Shown: positions 1 to 10,064, counted from the first letter of the stretch. The stretch: DNA of 32,000 nucleotides from an uncultured archaeon (GCA_964648855.1 CAZYLT010000006.1:30001-62000); one strand, 5' to 3'. Notes: generated by a model from the letters alone, not told the origin. Numbers and translations: made by a program.

Positions 1-239
1 ATGACCTTATCATCATGTTCTCGCATATTTACCGATTCAAGATCCCGAAAGAGAATGTCCTCCTCTTTGCCATGGTGACATTTGTCTGCATAATTCCGAA
101 TGAAGCCAACAGCAGTTTCTATGAAGTTGGGGTCTGGTTCTCCTCCCTGTTCAAGTCGTTTCATTTCCCTATCCATAACAGAAATCATCCTCTCAATCAG
201 TCTGTGTTCTATCATTAGTGGTCCAACAGGTTTAACCAT
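1..239 (-). CDS. Hemerythrin (HHE cation-binding) domain protein; runs off the left edge of the window
   Basis: Absent from the ORF track because it is truncated. My translation from the ATG at 239 is MVKPVGPLMIEHRLIERMISVMDREMKRLEQGGEPDPNFIETAVGFIRNYADKCHHGKEEDILFRDL..., containing the hemerythrin-like motifs LMxEHRxI and HHxKEExxLF. Confidence 0.88.
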   Translation of the reverse strand, partial: MVKPVGPLMIEHRLIERMISVMDREMKRLEQGGEPDPNFIETAVGFIRNYADKCHHGKEEDILFRDLESVNMREHDDKV

Positions 240-335
240 AACAATCGCCTTGTTTACTATAGTTAATACCGGTATATAAGGATAAGCTCAGCTCCTGAGG
301 GTGCACTTAATTATGTCCATTCTTCTTAAGAAAAT

Positions 336-1172
336 GTGAATCTTGTATCAGTTACGACAGCCCCCCTCAACATCATTATTGGGAAAGAATACTATGACCT
401 CAGGAGCACCTTGGACTTGGTCAAAGAGATCAGGAAATCTTCTGCAGTGGATGGATTTGAATTCCAGTACCTTGCCGAGTGGGATGCTAGCACATATCCG
501 CGGGATGATAAAACAAAATCCCATAGAAGGAGCGCATGGGAAATAAGTGAAAAATACACGGAGGACGAGATTGCTAAAATCATCCAAGATTCAGGTGTCC
601 CTATCATTTCAGTTCACGGTAATCGTGATATAGGCATCTGTCTTTGTTCTGATGAGAAGGAGGAACGAGAAGTCGGGAAGGATATGCTCCAGGATACATT
701 CCTCTTGGCAGATTCAATTGGAGCACGTCTTGTTGTGTTCCATCTCTGGGATACCTGGAAAGAATCTTTCAACATAGAGTACCTTCAAGAGGCCTTGGCG
801 AAAGCATCCCAAAGATTTCCGAATGTGACTCCAACGGTAGAAAATGTCCCTACTCATCTCGAAGGTCATACTCCCTTTGACTTGGTGAGTTTGTTTGAGT
901 TTGTGACACTTGATCTTCGCTGGGCAGTGATGTATGATGAATTTGAGAACTTCAGCGAAATAGCAGATAAAATCGCAAATGTCCACATTCGTGCCTCGCT
1001 AATAGACAGAAAATGGGCCATGACGGACTCACCCTTCACAATAGAAGATGCCCTCAACAAGATCTGTATAGACTGGGGCTATGTTGGGCCTCTGACTGTG
1101 GAACCAGAAGGAGGATTACGGCAGGCGTCTCTGAGTGATTTCAATGAGGCTTTCAAGCCATTACGAAGATAG
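336..1172 (+). CDS. Xylose isomerase-like / AP endonuclease 2 TIM-barrel protein
   Basis: 278 aa with metal-ligand pattern GFE, SVHG, VVFHLW, TVENVP, TLD, NVHIR, LTVEP. Confidence 0.75.
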   Translation: MNLVSVTTAPLNIIIGKEYYDLRSTLDLVKEIRKSSAVDGFEFQYLAEWDASTYPRDDKTKSHRRSAWEISEKYTEDEIAKIIQDSGVPIISVHGNRDIGICLCSDEKEEREVGKDMLQDTFLLADSIGARLVVFHLWDTWKESFNIEYLQEALAKASQRFPNVTPTVENVPTHLEGHTPFDLVSLFEFVTLDLRWAVMYDEFENFSEIADKIANVHIRASLIDRKWAMTDSPFTIEDALNKICIDWGYVGPLTVEPEGGLRQASLSDFNEAFKPLRR

Positions 1173-1335
1173 CTTACGAATGCATTTCAATACGATTCCC
1201 GTTTCTTGTCATGCCATATCTCCCGAAATCCTCTGAACTCCATACACTGCCCCCTCTATACAGCAAATGCTTTTCATATACGAAGGTGACTTGGGCAGAG
1301 CCTAGTCTGAACAGATAACATAGGGTGGAGATTAA

Positions 1336-1722
1336 TTAATCCCAAACGCACCAGAAGGATCCAAATCAGACGACGGGAATACGACCAAGAATTCAACGAT
1401 ATATAGTATACAGCAACCAAACGCTAGTACTCTATTAGGCTATATTTTTGCCGCCATGATTATGAGCTTGGATGCCAATATTATGGAAAAGGAGCACTCT
1501 CTTGTAGGGATTCTTAGGCCGGTCGGTGTTCTTCCTCAATTCAGACGTCGGGGCATTGCAATGCAACTCCTCCTACTTCAACTGAGAGACCTTCTGGACA
1601 TGGGCTGCGACCTATCTTATCTTGGAAACCCGTACAACAACAAGAAAGCAATTCTAACGTATGAGAAGGTTGGATTCAGCATAATTGACAGGCAGATAGT
1701 GCTCCGGAAAGATCTTGATTGA
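1336..1722 (+). pseudogene. Truncated GNAT N-acetyltransferase (C-terminal part only)
   Basis: Acetyl-CoA motif A VGVLPQFRRRGIA and motif B NKKAILTYEKVGF are present. Only 88 aa from the ATG at 1456. The frame is open back to 1336 without a canonical start, so the N-terminal domain looks deleted. Confidence 0.55.
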
Positions 1723-1856
1723 TTAGTCGCAAAAAAATACCACTAGCCAAAGATAGTAAGTTACGAACTTGAAACTGATTGTGTTATTGTTGAAATAATA
1801 CCTTGTGCATGATTGTTTTATATGATTTATATGAACTATCAAGTCGGGATAGAATC

Positions 1857-2477
1857 ATGGCACCGATTCGGAGAGCACTTGCGTGCATTCTTGCTTTGAT
1901 TTGCTTCCTTATGGGGTCAGCCTACCTGTTTTTTCCCTTTGTCAAATCGGTCGAACTAGGTTCAGCAGACTGGATTGGCTACCTGTATCTATCCATCGGT
2001 GCATATGGCTTGGTTATAGCCATCATGATTTTAAGAAAGCCAGCAGTCAAAAAAAGACGGAGAAAGAGAAAGTCACGACGAAAAACGCGCATTGTTGCAA
2101 TAGATGATGAAGAAGATATTCTTAGATTGTTGAGGATAAAGCTCTCGAGGGAGGGGTACCGTGTCATAACCGCAAGTGATGGGAATGAAGGTGTAACTAC
2201 AGTTCTCGATAAGAACCCGGATGTCATGCTAGTTGATATCATGATGCCCGGAAAAGATGGATTTGAGGTAGTGACGGAAATTAAGCGCAGAATGGGCAAG
2301 AGATCTCCAGTGATTATCATGTTATCTTCAAGATCCACAGAGAAGGATATCATGCATGGTCTCTCGGTTGGCGCCGACGATTACGTAACAAAACCCTTTA
2401 GCCCCACTGAACTTATAGAGCGTATCAATATAGCTCTTCTCAAACAAAAAGCTGTTAGAGTATCAGAAAAGAAATAA
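1857..2477 (+). CDS. Membrane-anchored response regulator: two TM helices, polybasic linker and receiver (REC) domain, no output domain
   Basis: REC signature IVAIDDE...LVDIMMPGKDG...MLSS...GADDYVTKPF. Two hydrophobic N-terminal segments and KKRRRKRKSRRK linker. Probable start is the ATG at 1857. Confidence 0.85.
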   Translation: MAPIRRALACILALICFLMGSAYLFFPFVKSVELGSADWIGYLYLSIGAYGLVIAIMILRKPAVKKRRRKRKSRRKTRIVAIDDEEDILRLLRIKLSREGYRVITASDGNEGVTTVLDKNPDVMLVDIMMPGKDGFEVVTEIKRRMGKRSPVIIMLSSRSTEKDIMHGLSVGADDYVTKPFSPTELIERINIALLKQKAVRVSEKK

Positions 2478-2577
2478 TCCATTACACACGAATGGGGGGC
2501 CGAAGAAGGGACCTATATCATTGATATCAGAGCTCCATATTGAACATCGAACTACAAAAAAGAGCGGGAACTGAAGG

Positions 2578-5500
2578 ATGATTAAGGACAAAAAGGGGAA
2601 GGAGAACGAGGAATCCAAACCAGACAATGTTCTACAACATCCATTTGATGCTTCATTCCCTGACATAATTAGCGGCAGTTCTAGTAAGGTATCGTCTCTA
2701 GACTGTTGGCGCGTTCAATCATTTGCGACGCGTCTGCATCGTGAATTCGAGATGAGTCTGGAAAAGGGACTGACTGCTGGAATGAGAAGCAGGTACTACG
2801 CTCTCTTTGAATGCTATGAAGAAACAACTCAATCTCTCCGACGAGCCATAAGAGAAAAGAACACTGCAATGATTGTTTCTTCTTTGCGGTCTTTGATTGC
2901 CCTAAATGCCCCTCTCAGTTACATGCATAGAATGGCACCGAGGTCAATCCCCTTACATCTCACATTAGACCCGCTGTTAAAAAAGAAGTTAGTCAGAGAT
3001 CTCATAATAAAGTCGCTGCAGGATACCACAGAACCGCTGAATGTCGGTGAGATCTGTGATTACATAAATAGTCATGAGATGATACAGCGTATCCGCAAAG
3101 AAACAGTCGAAAAACACTTGGAGAATCTCCTAGATACCAACCATATCTCGGAAGGAAAAGACCTCTATACCCGGACGAATAGAACATACAAAACAACAAA
3201 TCTTGATGATGCAACTCTTAATGTATTGCTTGGAAAGGACCTTTACGAGGAATTCGAAAAGAATGGCTTCCCGGGCATCTCAAACATTCTCAACAAAGAG
3301 GAGAGTTTCCAACGATTCTTTCAGGAACTAACTGGTAGCGGAAAGCTCGTTTCAGAGCTATTCCTTTCTGTTTTGTCTGACATTCAGAAGCTTGAGGAAG
3401 AAAAACCAAAAGTCATGAATTGGCAATATTCTGACCTTATTGGGTCCGCTATCCCTAGACCTTACCAACGAGATGCCTATGCCATTTTCCGCGGTCATGG
3501 TTATCAGGGCCCCCTGATTGAGGCCCCTACCGCTTCCGGGAAGACCCTTGTTGGCATGATGGCAATTCAGGATTGGCTTGAGTCCCTCTCTCTTGGAGAA
3601 TCAATATTGGTTCTTGTCCCAACAGTGAATTATGAACAACAATGGGTTAGAGAATTGTGTTACAAAGACATCGGACTGCATCTTTCTCCCGATGATGTAT
3701 TTGCAGGGCCCACATCAGCATATGAAGAAAAACGAGAGCAGTCAAAGACCCCACCGGCAGTATTAGTCATGACTTATACTGCTCTGGCACAATTGGGCTC
3801 TCCCAAGGGAAAAGGCGGCTTTGATAGGATATCAATAGAGCGATTTCTTCAGGGAAGTAGTACTCGATATGTCATTCTAGATGAAGTGCACAAGGTAGTT
3901 CAAGACATGGATGGAGTATCCGCTGGAGTGACTCAGCTTCTCGTGGACTGGCTTCAGGACGGGAGTCTGGAGGGTCTCATTGGCTTCTCAGGGACCGCCG
4001 AAGCGTACCGGGATCGCTTCAATGAGCTTGGTTTGAAATTAGTCTATGTAATGCCCTCTGTTGATTTAATCGCATACGGATTTGTCGCTCCTTACGGAGA
4101 ATTTGGCATCCCATTTACCTATTCTGAGAGGGAAAAGACAATACGAGCTCTTCTGGAGAAGTACAAAGAGCTGATGCAGGAGTTCGTAAATCTCGTAGGG
4201 CCCGATTTCTTGAGGAGCACCTTTCGCAAAATTCCCTACCAAGACCGGGCGGCTATCTGCATCGACCTCTTAGACATGTATTCATATCGGAAGGACCAAC
4301 GGACGGCTTTGAGAAACCGGTTCAGAAAATGGTCTCGTGGAGATGATTTGAACATTAATGAAATGCCACTGGTCAGCGTTATTCAAATCGCTGAGAATCT
4401 TACCGACGCAGCCCTCCTTAACCGAGCTACAGCAGACTCACCTTCTTCTGTGGCGAGAAAAAAGAAGAGACAATTTCGGAAGATTCTAGATGGCGTCAAT
4501 AATATCCGTTCGGCCCTCATTGACGTGGTTTCATTAACATATGTCTCGTCAAGACTAAACCAACCAGAATTTGGGCTTCGTATGCCTGCGAAGAAGCTGG
4601 TGGACTCTTATCAGAGCATTGATACAAAGATAGCGGTACAAGATCTAGTTAAAGACACATTGGCCTATTCAATTGTGGGCTTATACGCAATTCTTAGATC
4701 ACTATATTATCGAATGGGCGAGGGAAGAGTCAAAATAATTAGCTCAATTATCGATGCTGAGAAATCAGTACGCGACCTGACTGGTGTCATCATATTCGGC
4801 AAAGGAAAACAACTTGAATGGGAAACAGGAATTGCTGAGCCTGGTTACTCGGGGGTCGCTGGTATCTATGGTCAGATGCTTGTTGAAAGCGAATTCATAC
4901 CCATGGCTGTTCTGTCCAGCGAGATGTATCTGCCATGCCTTCCCGACTATTCAATCCCCAATTTGGTTTCTGATTTTATTAAGAAAGAGATTATGGGATC
5001 TGAACTTGCTAAGACTCTGCTTGGTCTCTTGATTCAAGGCGTGGATATATCCCCTGAGCAGCGACGTAACTTCACCGAGGGCTATGAGCTGATTCTGGAT
5101 GAATATCTGAAGGGTCTTGGAACTGTGGGTGCACTTAGACCCGTTGAATTCGATGAACTAGTTCTTCAGAAATTGCGAGAACTAGTCGCAAAGATGGACA
5201 TCAAAGAGTTGGATACGATTTTGACCCGATTGCAGTTGGAGTACCCCCATATGGAGAAATGGATGCGTAATTTCTTCGATTATGCACTGGTAGCATCTCG
5301 TTTTGAGGAAGCCGAATTGGCCGGGTTGAGACATCCTACGGGAAAGAAAGGTGAGTTCTTTGTGGTCAGAATGGCACAAGATGAACGTAAACAGCTCATG
5401 TACGACCTTGCTGCACGGATACTTGACTCTGACATATTGCCCATCAATCTTATCGTCGTTTCTAGGTGGGCTCGAACCGGCTGGAATGTAATCTCTCCAA

Positions 5501-6177
5501 ATCTGCTTATTGACGCAACCGCAACAAGAAATGTCACTGCATGGCAGCAGCTCCGTGGACGCTCAATGCGCGCTCTTCCATCATGGGATGACGACTGTTA
5601 TGAGGCAATGATGCTTCTTCTGGGGTCAAGAAACGCAACAGAAAAAGCAATGCCCTCAAAACATAAGGAGCCTCAATCAACACCAGAAACCACTAATCAG
5701 TTCGACGCTGAGATTGTAGAACTATTGCTTAGTGTTCATCACCGGGTTGTCTCGTCCAGTATTTCGGAAGCCAATGATCCTCTCTCGAAAAAGATCCGCG
5801 AAGGTGACTTGACTGCTTTGGCTACTAGTGAACGACAACAATTAGCTACAGAATTGATGTTAGCCAGAAACAAAGTCACACATATTTATGAACTCGTGAA
5901 AGCGTATGGCAGTACAAAACAAATCCGATATAATCGACGTCAGGATAAATGGAAACGCACGCTAGCTATTGCAACTAAACACTCGCATAATTACTCAATC
6001 AACCCATTTACTGGAGATTATGAGAAGGGCGAGGAGCACGCTCCCTTGATCTATATTGATGACCCACGTGATGACTCGCCTACCAAACTGCAGACTTATC
6101 TTACCACTCAATTGAGGGAATGCGATTTCACAATTGTGGAGGGTTGGATTGAAGCTCTTCTGTCCAAGCGTAGATAA
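2578..6177 (+). CDS. Large superfamily-2 DExH helicase/ATPase (type III restriction Res-subunit-like core) with N-terminal winged-helix-like region and long insertions
   Basis: Q-like PRPYQ, motif I APTASGKT, Ia LVPTV, II DEVH, III GFSGT, V RWARTGWN, VI WQQLRGRSMR. Confidence 0.82.
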   Translation: MIKDKKGKENEESKPDNVLQHPFDASFPDIISGSSSKVSSLDCWRVQSFATRLHREFEMSLEKGLTAGMRSRYYALFECYEETTQSLRRAIREKNTAMIVSSLRSLIALNAPLSYMHRMAPRSIPLHLTLDPLLKKKLVRDLIIKSLQDTTEPLNVGEICDYINSHEMIQRIRKETVEKHLENLLDTNHISEGKDLYTRTNRTYKTTNLDDATLNVLLGKDLYEEFEKNGFPGISNILNKEESFQRFFQELTGSGKLVSELFLSVLSDIQKLEEEKPKVMNWQYSDLIGSAIPRPYQRDAYAIFRGHGYQGPLIEAPTASGKTLVGMMAIQDWLESLSLGESILVLVPTVNYEQQWVRELCYKDIGLHLSPDDVFAGPTSAYEEKREQSKTPPAVLVMTYTALAQLGSPKGKGGFDRISIERFLQGSSTRYVILDEVHKVVQDMDGVSAGVTQLLVDWLQDGSLEGLIGFSGTAEAYRDRFNELGLKLVYVMPSVDLIAYGFVAPYGEFGIPFTYSEREKTIRALLEKYKELMQEFVNLVGPDFLRSTFRKIPYQDRAAICIDLLDMYSYRKDQRTALRNRFRKWSRGDDLNINEMPLVSVIQIAENLTDAALLNRATADSPSSVARKKKRQFRKILDGVNNIRSALIDVVSLTYVSSRLNQPEFGLRMPAKKLVDSYQSIDTKIAVQDLVKDTLAYSIVGLYAILRSLYYRMGEGRVKIISSIIDAEKSVRDLTGVIIFGKGKQLEWETGIAEPGYSGVAGIYGQMLVESEFIPMAVLSSEMYLPCLPDYSIPNLVSDFIKKEIMGSELAKTLLGLLIQGVDISPEQRRNFTEGYELILDEYLKGLGTVGALRPVEFDELVLQKLRELVAKMDIKELDTILTRLQLEYPHMEKWMRNFFDYALVASRFEEAELAGLRHPTGKKGEFFVVRMAQDERKQLMYDLAARILDSDILPINLIVVSRWARTGWNVISPNLLIDATATRNVTAWQQLRGRSMRALPSWDDDCYEAMMLLLGSRNATEKAMPSKHKEPQSTPETTNQFDAEIVELLLSVHHRVVSSSISEANDPLSKKIREGDLTALATSERQQLATELMLARNKVTHIYELVKAYGSTKQIRYNRRQDKWKRTLAIATKHSHNYSINPFTGDYEKGEEHAPLIYIDDPRDDSPTKLQTYLTTQLRECDFTIVEGWIEALLSKRR

Positions 6178-6353
6178 TGAATTTACGGTTGCATATCGAT
6201 GCTATCAGACTACACGCTCGGAGGCCCGTTTCTGATTCTCTCTCGAAGGGCATCCAACTCTGTATCTTCAGTTTCCTTTGCTATTTCAGTGAGGACTGCA
6301 AAATCTCCAAAATGGTCAAAATTCTGCGAAATTGATTCCATATTTCATATCGG

Positions 6354-6653
6354 TCATCGCTCAAGGAGAGATTGAGAGGATTGATTTGATGGTCTCCCTA
6401 GGCTCTGGACGCTATCACCAAAAGCGACTCCCAAACTACGGAAGTATTCTATCTCTCGAAGGCTCAATTCTCTCTTAAATTGGATACTGACCTGTGCTAC
6501 TGAAACGTCATCTATCAAGATCTCTTGTCGCTGGTCATCTGAACCCTCTACGGTTGGTGATGGCTGAGAAACCGGTGTCGGACTTACCGCCAATATTACA
6601 AATAGAACTATGATGCGGAGAAAAAGAAAAATCCGTATTTCATAGGCATCCCT
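6354..6653 (-). pseudogene. Possible remnant of a secreted protein (signal peptide, Pro/Ser linker, propeptide-like segment)
   Basis: The frame upstream of 6593 reads RIFLFLRIIVLFVILAVSPTPVSQPSP, a signal-peptide-like stretch, but the nearby ATG (6653) is out of frame and the ORF stops at 6354. Confidence 0.3.
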
Positions 6654-6808
6654 TGCGTACGTGAATTTGCTTCCATGAAGTCATCTACTAATATTGTTTT
6701 CTTGAATATAGAAACAAGCGTCAAGATGCGTTATCACCAACATGCTTGGGATAAGAACTCCAACATCCGAAGAATAATCCTCTTGATACACAGCCAGCTT
6801 TTTCAGAA

Positions 6809-7090
6809 TTATCGTAGAAAAACCGCATCCAAAAGACCCATCTTTTCAATTTGTCTTGTAACATAAGACATGTGAAGAAGTTTGTTACAGGCATTGCAGC
6901 TGAAGCTTGTTGGACCATGCCAGTTTACTCCCGATTGAAAATCGATGGCGTTTCCACACCTTGGGCATGTGATTAGTTTCTCCTCGGAAAGCCTGATGAA
7001 ATTCTGTGTCACAGACTTGAATTCATTTGTTTTCCTCTTTTCGCCTAGCTCGATATCTCTGTCTTCTCTTGCCTTAGGGGGATATTTCAA
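6809..7090 (-). CDS. Small zinc-ribbon protein
   Basis: CPRCG...CNACN Cys pairs; TTG start with GGAG upstream. Confidence 0.65.
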   Translation of the reverse strand: MKYPPKAREDRDIELGEKRKTNEFKSVTQNFIRLSEEKLITCPRCGNAIDFQSGVNWHGPTSFSCNACNKLLHMSYVTRQIEKMGLLDAVFLR

Positions 7091-7268
7091 GATCTGTAAT
7101 CTCCTTGGATTGCTTGCCAGTCACACATCGAAGAACATGCAATATGAGAATACAAGTGATAAAAGACCGTGTAATGCCTAGTTTCGCGTACTATAGTAGT
7201 ACAAGAAGCGAAGCCACTCCGTTATTAAATGAACTGGATTCTCGTTGATAAAGTCAGTCTAATACAAT

Positions 7269-7844
7269 TCACGATTTCATGATAAGCTCAGTTGTTGTGT
7301 CATCTTTTACGCCAAATGCCCTGACATGACATTGCGACGCGGCTCTTGCAAATATCATACTCACGTTTTTTCCGGATTTTGCACTCGCTTCGAAGTAATC
7401 CAAATTTAGCAGCTTTGCCATTTGTTTTCCCCTCTCAGTGTCAACTCTCTTTCCTAAGTCGGCTTTGTTTGCCACAATTGATCCAGGCAAAAATACGCCG
7501 GTCGGCAGACAAACCTCATTGCAGAGTGTTTCATACCATGTAGGAATCTCCGAGAAGGTGGATGGGTCGGTCAAATCATAAACAATAATGACATAATGTG
7601 CCCCCTTAAACAATCGTCGGCGCAAATTATCGAAGGATTCCTGCCCCCCCAAATCCATTATTGCAAGCTGTATCTCTCCCTCCGGGAACACCAGTTCTTC
7701 GGTACTAACGTCAAAACCAACCGTCGGATTGTAATTCTCCTCAAAAACCCCCTGTGTATACCGTTGAACGAGAGAGGTCTTACCAACATTTGGTGGGCCG
7801 AGGACCAATACCTTGAATGTTTGCTTTGGCATTCCAACACACAC
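7269..7844 (-). CDS. Ras-superfamily small GTPase, Rab-like (eukaryotic signature protein)
   Basis: G1 GPPNVGKTS, G2 YNPTVG, G3 DLGGQ, G4 NKAD, G5 EASAK. True start may be the internal Met of MPKQTFK. Confidence 0.93.
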   Translation of the reverse strand: MCVGMPKQTFKVLVLGPPNVGKTSLVQRYTQGVFEENYNPTVGFDVSTEELVFPEGEIQLAIMDLGGQESFDNLRRRLFKGAHYVIIVYDLTDPSTFSEIPTWYETLCNEVCLPTGVFLPGSIVANKADLGKRVDTERGKQMAKLLNLDYFEASAKSGKNVSMIFARAASQCHVRAFGVKDDTTTELIMKS

Positions 7845-8000
7845 CCAGAGGCAGCATTTGTGAGTTTTTATTGATTCTTATGTTGTAGACCAATTACAGA
7901 TACATGAGCAAACCGGTTCTTAGCTGGAGGAATACAGAATGATATATAACACCCCATCTGTGAAATTCGTTTAATCAGATAATAGGTGTGAGGCAAGACA

Positions 8001-8591
8001 ATGAGCGAATCAAGGAATGTCGTAATAGTGACTGGTATTCCAGGCGTTGGAAAGACCACTGTCATAGACACAGCCGTGGATACGGTTAAGGCAGAGCATA
8101 ATGAAGACGTTTTAGTACTGAATTTCGGTACTGAAATGTTCTCGACTGCCTCTGAACGTGGCTTGGTCAAAAACAGAGATGAGATGCGCAAAATGGAAAC
8201 TGTAAAGCAGCGTGAAGTTCAGCGGCTCGCCGGGGAATCTATTGCAGAGAAGGCCAAAGATGCACGCGTCATAGTTGATACACACACTCTGATTCACACA
8301 AATAATGGGTATTTGATTGGCTTGCCCGAATGGGTCATTCGTGCCATTCAGCCCAAGACTATTGTCCTCGTTGAGGCTGATCCAGACAAGATTGCGCTGC
8401 GGCGCAGTGATGACCCCTCACGTGCACGTGACAAACAAGCAGCCGAAGCAATAGATACACATCAGCGTATGTGCAGGGCTGCAGCAGTAGCGGGTGGAAC
8501 CCTAACGGGAGCTACCGTAAGAATCATCAAGAACCGCCAAGGTGAAGTAGAAGAAGCAGGAAAAGAGCTAGCCGATACAATAATGGAGTAG
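8001..8591 (+). CDS. adkA: Archaeal adenylate kinase
   Basis: P-loop GIPGVGKTT, NFGTEM, RDEMRK, IVDTH, GLP; conserved gene order. Confidence 0.95.
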   Translation: MSESRNVVIVTGIPGVGKTTVIDTAVDTVKAEHNEDVLVLNFGTEMFSTASERGLVKNRDEMRKMETVKQREVQRLAGESIAEKAKDARVIVDTHTLIHTNNGYLIGLPEWVIRAIQPKTIVLVEADPDKIALRRSDDPSRARDKQAAEAIDTHQRMCRAAAVAGGTLTGATVRIIKNRQGEVEEAGKELADTIME

Positions 8592-8597
8592 ACATGA

Positions 8598-9134
8598 ATG
8601 CAGGACATTCTCTTAGATTTCCTAACGCTGATTGAAGACCCGCCGGTTTCAGCCCTATTCATAATGATTGTTTCCGTTACAATTTCATCAATAAGCAATC
8701 TTGCCATGAGGAAATTTGCAAATATGCGAAGACTCCGGAGATATCAGGCCGAAATCAAACAGCATCAGGAGATGCAAAAAGAGGCTCAACGTACACAGGA
8801 TGAAAAATTGCAAAGAAAAATAAAGCGGAGAAAGGCGTACATCGATCGAATTCAAGGGGAGATGCTCAAACAGCGATGTAAGCCCACACTTATTTTCATA
8901 ATCCCGTTTATGCTCATTTTTACGTTTTTGCGGAATTTCTATAGCGTCGGCGGAGAAGATGTAGTAGTAGCTATCCTCCCATTCAATGTCAGCAAAGTAC
9001 TACCTTTCTTAGTTGGCATGATTGGAACGACAACGCCATTCGGATTTGGTATGACTTATTGGGGCTTCTATTTCCTTTGTGGATTGGGTCTCAGTAGTAT
9101 TTTGCAAAGAATCATGGGCACTCAAATCACATAA
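8598..9134 (+). CDS. DUF106 / EMC3-TMCO1-like membrane insertase (Oxa1/YidC superfamily)
   Basis: TM1, coiled coil, TM2 and TM3 (KPTLIFIIPF, YWGFYFLC); usual position between adkA and rpl34e. Confidence 0.88.
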   Translation: MQDILLDFLTLIEDPPVSALFIMIVSVTISSISNLAMRKFANMRRLRRYQAEIKQHQEMQKEAQRTQDEKLQRKIKRRKAYIDRIQGEMLKQRCKPTLIFIIPFMLIFTFLRNFYSVGGEDVVVAILPFNVSKVLPFLVGMIGTTTPFGFGMTYWGFYFLCGLGLSSILQRIMGTQIT

Positions 9135-9240
9135 GCAGAGGCCGAAATGGGAATCTCTACCTACTAGCTTCAGGTGACCCACCGTTGTGCTTTTAAGCAG
9201 AGGTCTATGCCTTTCCTCCTGTTCAGTTGATGTGATAACT

Positions 9241-9516
9241 ATGCCAAGACCAGGAATGCTAACCAAGGGGAGAGCGAATAGGAAAGTAAAGACGCCTGGC
9301 GGAGTGATTACTGTCCACAGGAAGAAATTCTACAAGTCTTCAGGAACATGTGCTGTAACCGGAAGGAAGATGCATTTACCCCAAGAGGCTAAGCATGGAC
9401 TGAATAGAAAGTCAAGTAAATCCGCAAAGCGACCGAACCGACCCCATGGTGGGTATATGACCGCCGCGGCCATGAGAACGGGAATCAAGGACGCTGTTAG
9501 AGAATTGGAAAAATGA
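9241..9516 (+). CDS. rpl34e: 50S ribosomal protein L34e (eL34)
   Basis: MPRPG, VKTPGG, KRPNRPHGG; start reassigned to the ATG at 9241. Confidence 0.9.
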   Translation: MPRPGMLTKGRANRKVKTPGGVITVHRKKFYKSSGTCAVTGRKMHLPQEAKHGLNRKSSKSAKRPNRPHGGYMTAAAMRTGIKDAVRELEK

Positions 9517-10064
9517 ACCGCGTGATCACAGTTGGCGGTCTTCATGGAACAGGAAAGAGTTCCACAGCAGACATTGTTGCTGAGCATTTTGATTTAAGAA
9601 GAGTATCTGCTGGGCGTATTTTCCGTGCCTTAGCTGAAGAGAGAGGAATGACCTTAGAGGAATTCAGTAAAGTTGCAGAAACTGATCCCGATATTGACCA
9701 TGAACTCGATGCGCGGATTAAGGCAGAGGCAAGAGGAGGAAACATAGTTCTCGATGGTCAGCTTGCAGCATGGATGGCTGAGGATTTTGCTGACTTGAAG
9801 GTGTATCTGAGGGCGCCTACTGACGTCCGAGTGAAACGAATTGCAAATCGTGATGATGTTTCATTTGATGAGGCTATACAGGAGACAATTGTTCGCGAAC
9901 AGATTGAGAGAGAAAGGTATGAGGAATTCTACGGAGTTGACATACGGAACCTTGAGATATACGATCTCATAATTAACACGTCGATTTACGATTTGGACGG
10001 CGTAGCCTCAATCATAATACAAGCGGCATCATATCTGTTCGAAAATGAACCCCCCATTGCTTGA
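9513..10064 (+). CDS. cmk: Archaeal cytidylate kinase
   Basis: GGLHGTGKSS, SAGRIFR, LDGQLAAW, RxxRIANRD, YDLIINT; ATGA overlap with rpl34e. Confidence 0.93.
   Translation: MNRVITVGGLHGTGKSSTADIVAEHFDLRRVSAGRIFRALAEERGMTLEEFSKVAETDPDIDHELDARIKAEARGGNIVLDGQLAAWMAEDFADLKVYLRAPTDVRVKRIANRDDVSFDEAIQETIVREQIERERYEEFYGVDIRNLEIYDLIINTSIYDLDGVASIIIQAASYLFENEPPIA

Noticed and set aside
15-218. 67-aa + strand ORF
   Set aside because: Antisense shadow of the hemerythrin gene on the minus strand.
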